DNA of 64,000 nt from Eutreptiella sp. 'Long Island Sound 2002' (taxonomy: Eukaryota; Protista; Euglenida): positions 57,846,001 to 57,910,000 of the forward strand of contig OZ038379.1 of the NCBI GenBank assembly GCA_964036045.1, given 5' to 3'. The first letter of the stretch is position 1, and each line of letters starts with the position of its first letter. The translations under genes and the position numbers were made by a program. Below the pieces are notes generated by a model. The model searched no databases, was not told the origin of the DNA, and saw nothing but the letters and a program-made list of their open reading frames with translations. This document shows positions 12,651-23,200 of the stretch, piece by piece.

Positions 12651-12847
12651 CTGGATTGCAAAGTAGCAACTCGCTGCCACCGCTGGATAATCCCAGATCC
12701 ACGTTTTTCTTTCGCATCGGCAAGATCTAGTCCACTTCCGATTGAGCTGACCTGCTGAGTCTCAGGACTCGAAATTCTAACCCCATAATCCCACAATGCC
12801 TCCCTCACACTGTTGCCCAACACCGCAGAGGCCCAGCCGTTGGGTAT
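12651..12847 (-). CDS. Candidate exon of the minus-strand gene (possible GC donor)
   Basis: CCTACAG acceptor, phase 0; peptide IPNGWASAVLGNSVREALWDYGVRISSPETQQ...IIQRWQRVATLQS; nearest donor-like site is CAG|GC. Confidence 0.4.
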
Positions 12848-13617
12848 CTGTAGGACCTAGTCCCCTTAGTGTTATTTTTCTACCTTCTGTTGACTTTTTG
12901 CGTTGCAGCGAGTAGCGCCGCACAAATTATGGCCAATGATATTTGCCCGATGGTGCTTGGCAATCAAGGCAATCAATCTTTAAGCCTTTTGTGCCCCGTG
13001 TTCTCTTTGCCTCTCGAATGAGACGGAGGGCGGGGTCAGTCTGTATGTCAGTTGACGAATGCATCTCCCTCACGGTTCTGTCAAATACTGCCATGATCCT
13101 GCGTGGATGGGAAGAAGGGCTGCATGGGTGTTTAGGTGGGCGCGGGTGTGTGAAGTGGACAAGCGGCGGTGCTGAAGCCCTGTTTCTTTACTGCAAGTAA
13201 ACAGTGTATTGCTTTCGTGCGCGCGTCTATGTGTGGCCCAGTGGTGTCTTAAATTCCCAGATCTCCGTTGTTATTTGAGCTGAAGACCGACCCTGTTATC
13301 AGTGGGTGCAAGGAGATATACAGGTGCAGAGGACCGCAGGAATGAGGGCCTCGCCACACCGCCGCATTGTACCCAACGTGCCACTCTCTGTGTTACGCAT
13401 TGCTTCCTGTGAGTTCCAATAGATGCAGTCAGTCTGGTGTGATGCCAAATGGCGAAGCCCCCTGCTTTGGGGATGTTGTCAAGCACGCCATGTTGCTGCC
13501 ACAAGCGCGGTGAGGGAGATGCCTGCCTGTGGGTGGGTGGGTTCGTGTGCGCGCGTATGGTGGCACAGGTGTATGCCAGTAATGGCCGCATTTGCAGTGT
13601 AGAGGTATACAATGCAC

Positions 13618-13976
13618 CAGAATGGACGAAGGTATACAGAGCATCTTGCATCGCTCCATCGAGCACTCATCAAAGATTGACCAGACCGAATCTGGCCAAA
13701 ACATTTTCTCAAGAATACTGGATTTGGCATCTTGGTATAAAAAGTGATTTCCTGGATAGCAGGGAGGGTAGCGGAGTCTTTGTTGCACTGTGGGTTGCTT
13801 CAGTTCAGGCAATTTGATTTCCCGGGTCACATTTGACCTCGAGGATTGTTTTGGAGAGTGGTTGCAGGTTCTGGACAACTCTTTCTCTTTCGCACGTAAG
13901 GCCTGGTGCCCATGTTCACTCAGGTCATATTCTCTGCAATGCAATTCCACTTCCGCAACTCTCACCAGCAGCACCA
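13618..13976 (-). CDS. Candidate exon of the minus-strand gene
   Basis: Protein-like open frame ELHCREYDLSEHGHQALRAKEKEL...LRYPPCYPGNHFLYQDAKSSILEKMFWPDSVWSIFDEC; a TACTAAC branch-site consensus lies ~30 nt upstream of the AAAG acceptor. Confidence 0.5.
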
Positions 13977-14023
13977 CTTTCAGCCAACAACACAGTAAAT
14001 GGACGTTAGTATGACACTAATCT

Positions 14024-14262
14024 ACTGTGAGAGCGCCTGGGTTGCATGGTATTCATGTACAATTTGTATGCATTCTGTAACTCAGCCTTTGAAGATGAGG
14101 TGAGATCAAGGTGTTGTGTACAGTGCAAACAAGGTTTTCCACGATGAAGTGCAGATGCCCGTGCAATGGTCTCTGCCACGTTGCTCATCCTGTCCACCTC
14201 TGTTTTTGTGCTCCAGATCCTCCGGAGTGAAAGGGGCACCACAGTGAGGTGTGGTGTGCACT
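14024..14262 (-). CDS. Candidate exon of the minus-strand gene
   Basis: Open frame RRIWSTKTEVDRMSNVAETIARASALH...KAELQNAYKLYMNTMQPRRSH; splice sites uncertain. Confidence 0.3.
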
Positions 14263-14471
14263 GTGACCTGTGGTATCTGGTAATCCAAGTTCAATGGTTT
14301 CGTTGCAGAGATTCTCAAGTGGCTGATCAAGCAATCCTGGGCATCCCCCACTGTAGGAACATACCCCTCTAGACGACAAACTGTGAACGGGGTGATGCGA
14401 AGTAGCATTAACATTGCAAAACAACTGTAAAGGGTGAGGCAATTATCCCCCCCCCTTGTCCAAGCACGACC

Positions 14472-14968
14472 TTGTCTAAGCACGGGGTGGGCGTTGAACC
14501 GCTGTTTTTAGAATTAGAAGCGCTTTTTTGTGGCCCTAAATGGAGGATTGGGTGTTTGTGACGCGCTTGTAGAGGGAAAGAAGCACTCAGTCATGTCTGT
14601 GATTGTGCATTCTGTTCATAACAACATTGTACCACACATTGCAACCCCATGCTGTTTGTTTTGATGTGAATTTCAGCCATGACTAACCTTGTTATTCCCT
14701 CAACCTGCCATGAAACCTGCTCAAAAACCAGCTCTGAAGGGCAACCATGTCCAATTGTTCAAGAGTGAGGTGGAAGGTTGGAAAGGGCTCCTATTCCGCG
14801 GCACCTGATGCCCCCAACAGTGAAGAAGGAAAGGCAGCATTTGGAAATTTGCTTGTGCGTTGTACCATGCTGTGTAAGGTTTGAGGCCCGCGCGTGCTTT
14901 GCGGTTATGTGTGTCACGCGCATGCACGGTGTTGTCTAAGCACAGGGTGGGCGTTGAACCGTTGTTTT
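14472..14968. repeat. Pair of ~37-bp direct repeats 460 bp apart
   Basis: TTGTCTAAGCACRGGGTGGGCGTTGAACCGYTGTTTT at 14472 and 14932. Confidence 0.75.
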
Positions 14969-16410
14969 GCCTGGACTTTTGGGACCACAGCCCTGCTTGC
15001 GAAAGGGGGGGGCGGCGCAAAGATACTGACCATCTCCAGCTTGAAACTAGCAGATTCGAATCTGATGTGCAGAGCAGCTGGGTGTCAACCATTTTGAGCT
15101 ATTTGGTAGGAGTCAATGGAAGAGGCAATAATCAGTCGGAAAAGCTGCCAATGATTGATTTGGTCAGCATCGATTACTTTGGGTAACACTTTGTAAGGTT
15201 AGGCACCAATTCTTTAGGTGCTGCCAATAACTCGTACCTGTTCATCTCCATTGATTGAGAACAAAAAATTCAGTTTCGCTTTGTGATAACCTATCAATTA
15301 ACGGTTTCAGGTGTTTTCATACAGCAAGGTTTTGGTAACTGACCTTAAAAACAGGTCCGGGTTTTACCGTATGCAGCATTTGTGATACTAGAAAATTGGG
15401 GCTGTAGCTACAAATAACTGATAATTGTTTACACATATAGGTTTGAACCAATAAACCATTTCTCTTAGCCTAGGAAAGCCATTTTCCAGGCAATTTTTGT
15501 AGCAAAATTAAACATTGTGGGTTTAAATAACAGGTTTTAACCTTGACCACCTGGGAGGGGGGGCACAAGTGTTCATAGGATTGCCAAGGTGCGCCCCTCC
15601 GCCCCAAGAGGGCAAACATGGCCCCAAAAGGCCCCAATATGCAAAAGGGGCGCTGAATTTGCTCAGATTTATGTCCAGGTTTCTATGTGGAAAAGGTTCC
15701 AAATATCATGCACGTTGTTCGGGTAAGATGCTGCTAATCAAAAGGTCATTTATGAATGAATGAAGAGAGCTCCCAAGGGGATGAGGTACGGTTCCGTTTG
15801 TTGGCAATTTTTGGTGCATCCTTCTCTGAGTTGGTGGTGGGGTGCCACTTGGAGTTGTGTGACGAGATGTTCACAAGTGACAACCAACACAAACCAACAA
15901 AAATAGAACAACCCATTGCTTCAGTTTTTGTTAGCCCACATGGCATGCATTGGTGCTTCGTGTGGTTTTTGAGGGGGGGGTTAATGCCCCATATACTTGG
16001 TTTTTGCGCACGTAAAAGGGGGGTTTTTGCGTTTGGACGGCAGATTGGCGCTTAAGTCAAAAGGGCATTTTTGCGCGGGCACAAACCCCCTTCTTGCTTG
16101 TGCAAAAACCCTTGAAAATGGAACCGGGCCCTAGGATCCCAAGGCAACATTGAAGGTGGGGGGCTGGGGGCAAGCACTGCATATTTTCAATGGGAAACCA
16201 ATGCCAAGGGAGTATTTTAAGTATGCCGGATCTCCATTTCATATTGGTTTGGGACCAAAATGGTGTTTTTTTTTTTACCACTGCCCAATTTTTGCTGGGG
16301 TTTTGCCTCTTTTTGTTTCTATTTACTGAGAAACATTACTTCATAGTTACATACAGAACTACAAAAAGGGGTATGCCTGCTGTGTTTGAAGTTTGAATCT
16401 GTGGGGGCTA

Positions 16411-16620
16411 TTAGGGATTTGCCTGCGTTACAATATTCTCAGAATCTTTGAAATTTTGAACAAATTTATTGCCTTGATCATTTTTTTTCAGAATTGCTCT
16501 GAGTGTCTGCAATCTCTTAGTGTGTGTATTCCAGATATCTCTCAGCTGTTTTGTAGAGGGTGCCAAAGGAGTACCATTGCCGCATGCAGTCTGCCTGGCC
16601 CATCCAAGCAAATGGTGCAC
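16411..16620 (-). CDS. Candidate exon of the minus-strand gene
   Basis: Helical-looking peptide STKQLRDIWNTHTKRLQTLRAILKKNDQGNKFVQNFKDSENIV; boundaries uncertain. Confidence 0.3.
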   Translation of the reverse strand: MHHLLGWARQTACGNGTPLAPSTKQLRDIWNTHTKRLQTLRAILKKNDQGNKFVQNFKDSENIVTQANP

Positions 16621-17023
16621 TGAACTTCAGCAGATTTTTTCTTGGTCCACAACAAGAGAAACACATCAGACCTTTGGTTTGGTTTGACCTCAAGTAGCAT
16701 GCCACTCTGCAGATACCCCAGACTAGGCATCGTGCACTTCATTTCACCACGTTCACTGTTGTTTGGTGTTTGCACAGAAGCTCGCTGCCCAAACTCAGTC
16801 CCCAATCCAAAGAAAGTTGCAAATGAAGGCATTCGTTCACTTACAACCCACTTCTTCTTTTGCAGTCCGTATTCAAGTTTAAAAACTGTCGCAATCTCCA
16901 TATGGATTGCCATTGCTGATTAAGTTACACACAATCTTACATAGTCTTTCACTTGCTCTGAAAAACCATTTCTCACTGCATACCGGGGGCCATTGGGAAA
17001 CCACCTGAGACGAACCTACGTTC

Positions 17024-17303
17024 TCAAACGGGCAAGCAGCTGTATTTCATTAGACAACATCTTTTTAGTTGTGCTCTTGTCCAACCAGCCTCAATGGAGT
17101 CACCATCATTGTCCAACTCCTCTTCTAATTCCCCATCCTCCTCAGACTCTTCAATCTCCTCATGCTCTGACTGTGGGTACGGTGTGTCTTGATCTACATC
17201 AACTGCAACTTCAACATCCAATTGGTTTGGTTCTCCATTTGTGTTTTGGCTGTGCTGTGACAATGCCTCTACACCTCCACCTTCATTGCTCCGTGACAGC
17301 TCT
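17024..17303 (-). CDS. Candidate acidic exon of the minus-strand gene
   Basis: CATTAG acceptor; Glu/Asp-rich frame LDVEVAVDVDQDTPYPQSEHEEIEESEEDGELEEELDNDG; possible GTGACT donor near 17103. Confidence 0.45.
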
Positions 17304-19129
17304 CTAATGTTTGAAGCGATTTGAGATGGAGACATCAGTACAAACAAAAAAATAGCCAATTTTTTTATTACAAGTTGTGCGATACGCACACTATGTGTCA
17401 AATTGTGTCAGCCGTGATTCTTCATGGCCGGTACCTACGGTCTCGGTGGTGCATCTTCACTCCACTTTATTTTTGAAGCTGAGTTGTTATTTGCTTCAGA
17501 TTGCAAATTCATAGGCGACCGCACAACGCGTGATTTGGGACAACAAGTAGTGCGACTTGCAAACTGCGTTTCACAGTGCCTGCCGCGGTTGTCCCTTGTG
17601 TTATGGGGATGACCTCAGGTTTCGGTGGTGCATCTTCGCGCCTCTTGTGTTCTGAAGGTGGGTAGTTACTCTCGTCAAGCGAGAAACGGAAAGGTGACGG
17701 CACAATTTGTCAGTCAGGACAACAAGCTGTGTGACCCACACTTTTGTTGTTGCACAATATGTTCCACTGTGTACATGTACCTCATGATAGGCATTGGTTT
17801 TTGGGGCTCCACCGTCCCTCCTTATTTTTTTGTGTCGTCTTGTACTTTCATTTGGCTTTCGTGGGGAACAATGCAAGTGAATGTTTTACGTTGTAGTACA
17901 TATAGATTTTGAAGATGTAGCACTCAAAGATGCATTTTGTACAAAAAGAAAAACACAGGTGCTTTTATGGAACTCGAAAAATGTATGCAACACATGCTAG
18001 CCTAGGGTGTAGTCCCAAGTTGCGCGCCGCGGTGGCAGGTCGCGTGACGCGCAAGTACGCCCTACGACACACACCACATCGTCACAAAGTTATTGCACTC
18101 TACAGCACGTGACACACCCAGTTGATTAATTCATGCATCTTAGTGAAAGCAGCAGAAACACGGGTATGAGTAATATGAACATAGCATCTGTACCGTTTAG
18201 AAAAAAAAAAGGTAATTTCTCCGTTGGCCCCAATTCGGATTGCTTAACTGGTACACCTGCGAATTTGCAGAAGTTGAGCTCTACTAGTTGCTTGGCAAAT
18301 TTAGTGAAGTATTGGTGGCAGAATTTTGACACTGATTTTTTCCATATGTGTCCATTGGACACCTTACCCAATGAACACAAAGAGCACTCTCGTGCGCATT
18401 GCCTTTACGTGACATTCATTGAAAGCATGTGTTGCCCCATCTCAGGAGGAGTGACGGGGAGATGGGAGATCTGGGGGGGGGGTCGTTTGGGTCCACCGAA
18501 AGCGGGATTTTGAAACTACCCAGGCCCATATTGCGCAAGCGGAGAATAGTTCCGCGTGGTTTTGCCATCATTACTATAATTACATCCCATCCCGGAGCAA
18601 GTATGGGATCGATCATCACACATTCAACGCGTTTTGCAAATAGTTGGGTGCCCCAATATAATTGATTGGCGCGCATCACAACGCACGTTCCATGGTGTAT
18701 CGACTCATGAGGCACCGCAGTACATATCTTCCCGGTTGCAGAGCATCAACATGTTTCTCTTCCACATGCTTTGCACGATGTAGCACGTGTCATATGCATC
18801 TATCACCAATGTACTCTTGTAAGAAATGACTTCGGCGCCACACCTTAGGACATGCAAGTGTGTGTCAAACGGTGTGCCGCCACGCATTATCGAAATCACC
18901 AAAGGACCCACACGGCACGGTGCACTACACCTTTGACTGCTCTTGACCAATATGAAGCATCCATTTGAACCGCTATGGAAGGGAGTGTACACGTGGTAAA
19001 GCTTGAAATGGACTACATTGGGGTGTTTATGGATAAAAGCCTTGCCTAAAAGCTCGCTTGCAAATGGATAGTGAGCGCGCCAGACGGCTCACTAAGCGCC
19101 CATTGAGGCTCTATTATGGCTCACTATGC

Positions 19130-19630
19130 AAACGTTAGCCACAACCACAACCACAACCACAACTGCAACCACGGAGACATCCCAAACTTTAAGTATAAGC
19201 GCAACCACAACTGTAACCGTAGATATAGCCATACCCACATCCACACCCAAAGTTACCACGACAACCACCAACCACGACCACAATCACAACCTCAACCTCA
19301 ACCACAACCCAATCCACAACCACAGCAACAACCACGACCACAACCCCGACCACATCCACACCAGCAAACACATTTGCAGTCACAACCCAAACCACAACCA
19401 CAAGCACAATCGAAGCCACAGTGAGAAGTGAAACCACAACTACAGCCTGAGCCGTAGCCTGTAACCACAACCACAACCAATGCCGCGACCACAACCACAA
19501 CCACAACCAAAATTAGAGCAAGAACCACAAGCATAACCACAACCACAATCACAACCACAACCACAACCATTGTTGTAGCTGCCACTACGGCTGGAGCTAA
19601 CAAAGATAAACGTCCGCACAACCAAACCCC
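19130..19630. repeat. Degenerate (AACCAC)n hexamer microsatellite
   Basis: Dozens of ACCACA/ACCACAACC units; accounts for the Thr-, His/Asn- and Val-rich ORFs in the track. Confidence 0.9.
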
Positions 19631-20619
19631 ACAACACACAATACCAAAGACAATGACAACGTGTAAAGCAAAAATTGTATAGGAAGCAACACACCTAGCT
19701 TCACACACACTCTCCCACCCATCCACACACAAACCTAACCACCCACACCTAGCCACCCGCCTCGCTGCCGCGAGCACCATCAGGTGTGAAATCCCCAATA
19801 CACACACAACACACGGGGCGACATGGCGATGACGGGGCTCGTTGAACTATTACTGTGGAGCTGGCCCGGCGGAAGCCACAGAGCTACCACCCCGGGGTGG
19901 CCCTGGGGCAGCGGGCTAGGTTCTGGCCCAAGTGCATATCGCACAGTTCGAGGGGCAACACCGGGACGCACCCCTCGCCTGCACTGAAGGCCTACTATAA
20001 TGGGGAGCGACCCGACCCGAGGGCGCCAGTGTGGCCATACAGGTCCAACCGGGAAGCCCCGGTAAAAAGGGTAGTACCACATGCACACGGAAACACACAC
20101 ACACACACACAGGATGTCCCGCTCCATGTCCTCAAGACGTCGAGGTCCATCGGGGATGTCCTCAAGACGTCGAGCTCTGTGCTCACCGGCATATGTCTCT
20201 AATGTTTTTCTGTTTTTCCTCTCCTTCGAGGCGCGTAGAGAATGGACCTTGATACCGGACACTCTATGTGTCAGTGGGCACACACTACAATGCGCACACC
20301 ATAGAATGCTGGTTCATCGGAGGGTTGTACAATGGTTGTCTTGTCAAACGGAGTCTTGTCGGACCGAGGATTCAACAGAGGTGCAAGGAATAGCACAAAG
20401 GCAGCAATGTGCTCACAAGTGATTGTGCCTCGGGGGTAGCCGCCTGCAGACGAGCAACGAAATGCATTAGGAGCGATAGCGAATTCCGTCGAACGCAAGC
20501 AGGGGACACGGCACAACCCCCCCCACCCCACCCCCCCCACCCCCGCTCCCAGCGGTGCCGGCTCTACCTGCATTGCCTCCCGTTTCCCCCTGTTATTCTG
20601 TGGTGTCTAGATTGGACAA

Positions 20620-20790
20620 CGCAAGCGTTGTTGATGTATTTTAGGGTAGCTGGATCACTTAGTCTGAGTCCATGCTCTTCGATCTATTCTAGAGTGGCGC
20701 AGTCACTCACTTCAAGCTCCCCGTCCTCCATAGACTAGAGGGTAGCTTCGTCTCGCACACCCTCCTAGAACGGCCGTGGTATACATGCTC
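20620..20790 (-). pseudogene. Decayed coding fragment with TAG stops only
   Basis: Frame PRPF*EGVRDEATL*SMEDGELEVSDCATLE*IEEHGLRLSDPATLKYINN; all three stops are TAG, two in CTAG context. Confidence 0.35.
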
Positions 20791-21206
20791 AGAATGGCTC
20801 ACTGTCATTTAACAAGCAGTGCAAGACCCTTGAGCGTGGAAGTTGTTAGAATCAGCAGAGGGGACAACGTTTACCACATCTGTCGGGTAGGCGCAGCGGT
20901 TATTCGCCTGATGAGCAACACAATTTGATTTGTTCATCACCGCAATTCCGCGATTGACCAACTTTGTTAGTGTTCGCAGCAGGGGGTGGATTAAAATGCC
21001 AGGCATCATGCCTGCATTGTTGCTCCTAAGGGATGAACCGCACCCGAAGCATTAGATTGGTGTGCTAGTCGCCGGCTTTCCAATTAGGCCCTCGGACGGA
21101 GGACTCATGTCTTTCGCCGATGATTGGTAAGAAGTAGGAATGTTGAAACTCGTAGTTTGAGGCCTGATTCAATTATTTGGGCGTCACACCCACCCACCTG
21201 CCCACC

Positions 21207-21222
21207 CACACACACACACACA
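21207..21222. repeat. (CA)8, left flank / probable TSD of the family-A LINE
   Basis: Ends immediately before G21223. Confidence 0.9.
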
Positions 21223-21281
21223 GGTGTTTTGTTTGGTGCCTGCCAGCTGGTGACACTGCATGCCCAACCGAAAGCCAAACA
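21223..21281 (+). ncRNA. HDV-like self-cleaving ribozyme at the LINE 5' end
   Basis: P1 GGTGTT(21223-28)/GACACT(21252-57) with G1.U wobble; P2 TGTTTGGT(21230-37)/GCCAAACA(21274-81); P3 GCC/GGT; L3 TGCCAGCT; P1.1 G21242-C21259 and C21243-G21258; J4/2 CGAAA with candidate catalytic C21269; P4 reduced. Confidence 0.75.
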
Positions 21282-21340
21282 GGCACGTACATCGGTAACC
21301 TCAACTACACGGGCGGCTCTTGGGCTGGTGAACCCCCTGC

Positions 21341-23169
21341 GTGACACGAACCCACACGTCACACAAAATATCCGCAATCACGCATGAAAATTTGGAAGCA
21401 TTGCAACGCCCGGAGCTCCTGGAAGCTCTGGCTGCTGCCCTTGCGCCACTGCTCAGTGGGCGGAGCTCACCGAAGCCGAAGCCAACGGCATCTGTCGCTA
21501 CTGCTACTCCAGCTGCAACTGCAAGGGAAGAGGGGCTCCTCGGAATTATCCGGGAACTCAGAGGCACTGTCAAAGATTTGCGCGCGGCGCTGCAAGCGGC
21601 AGGAGGTACGCTTACACCCTCGAAAGCACAGGCCAATGCGGCCAAGGATGAAACCCCCTCATACCGGGACGCGCTACAACGGCGAATGAAAACCCAAAGC
21701 AGGCATGTGGTGCAGGATGTCCCAGACCTGGGAGAACCACTGCAGCCCACGGCGACTGCGGTGCATGAGATTGAGGGCAAATACGGCTTCACTGCGGTCC
21801 AAGGGCGCCGCATCTACCAGGGAGAGCACAAGACCGCACTCAAATCGCTGCAACGGATAGGAGCAAACAAGCCTCTCCATGATTGGAAAGTCACTGAGGC
21901 CACAGTGAAGGCCTTCGAACACGTTTTGCTTGTGGGACAGCCGCTGGCGGAAGCGCACGCGATAGCAACGCAGGCTTTAATGAAATATGGCAAGATCCAG
22001 AGCGTCAGCGCACACGTGCTAGCGACGAACTGCAGGCAAGGAGTGGTCAATGTGCCAGGCATTCTGGCAGCGCTTGGCAGCTCACGGGAGTGCTTACATA
22101 TCAAGGATTTCATTCTCAGTATCAAGGTCGTTACCAAACGTATGTCTTGGGAAGTCAAGAGAGACCCGGGTGTGACTGTGATCCGGCCTGAGCATTCCAT
22201 TCTGCTTTGCTGGGAACGACCCAGGGACGGAGTCGAAGGAAAGGACACGGAGCCAGAGGTTCTACCCCAGGACAAAGCCGCAATTCGGATAGTGTGCTGC
22301 CTAGACCCTTCCGCGCTGCGTGCGGGACAGGACAGCACCAAAGTCAAGGCATCCCGCTGGGCTGAAAACACGTGTTGGGAGCTGACAGCCCCCCTACTCC
22401 AGCCGGCGCTCACCAGTCCCCCATGCATGCAAGTGGGCAAGAGGGGCAGCAAGCATGAAGTCACGGTGGTGCTACCAGCGCCCATGGCCAAGCAGGTGCT
22501 CTGCAGCAGTGGCAAAATCGTCGGCCTGGAATACAAGCTGTTTTTGAGCAAAACCATCGATGTCGATGACCTGAAGGCCAACATGTTCTGGGTCAAGCTC
22601 CCTCCATCTAACAAGCGTTCCATTTCAGAGCAGTGGCGTAGACTATGCAAGCAGCCTTGGTTTGCAGGCCTCATGGCGGGGGACGAGTATGGGGGGGGGC
22701 TGTCTCGCCCGAGACCAGGGAGGAAATCGCAGGACTGTTGGGCATACAACTCACCCCCCCCCCCTTGACACGAGTAAGGGTGAGAGGCTATGGTATTTCC
22801 ATGGGACTAGTATCAGGGTCGCAGTCTGCGGCCTAGCGGGAGGCTGACCGCGTTTTTGGCGCTAACGCTGTCAAAGTGCGGCGATGTCAACACCTGAAGC
22901 ACAGTGGGATGGTCAACCTTGTGTTTGATATGGATATTACAGGAGTTCCCCCAGATTTGGAAAGCTGCACTGCTCCGGCGAAGGACTCGCGGATGCTTGT
23001 CCGCAGGTGGCACCTCTGTCTGCGTAAATCCACTGGCCCCTCGTACACCCCAGTGGGGAAAAACACGACGCTCCCTGCGGTGCAGGGATGTGTCCTGCCC
23101 GATGATGAAGAAATGGAGGACTCACCTGCGAGAGCCCCCGCGGCAGAGGAGGATGAGAGCATTCTCTGA
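21341..23169 (+). pseudogene. LINE ORF1 (gag-like), frameshifted at a G-run near 22690 and with a TAG at 22834
   Basis: 475-codon open frame 21341-22768 continues in another frame (AVSPETREEIAGLLGIQLTPPPLTRVRVRGY...VNLVFDMD...DDEEMED) to 23169, directly upstream of the APE domain. Confidence 0.75.
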
Positions 23170-23200
23170 AATCCCCCCTCCCCCCGGAAGATGGCACTGA

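Noticed and set aside
18480-19060. Stop-riddled minus frame (FLQEYIG...YVLRCLM) suggestive of an ATP-grasp enzyme
   Set aside because: Similarity too weak and fragmentary to name.
19116-19807. Thr-, His/Asn- and Val-rich ORFs suggesting mucin-like proteins
   Set aside because: Explained by the (AACCAC)n microsatellite, which is open in several frames.
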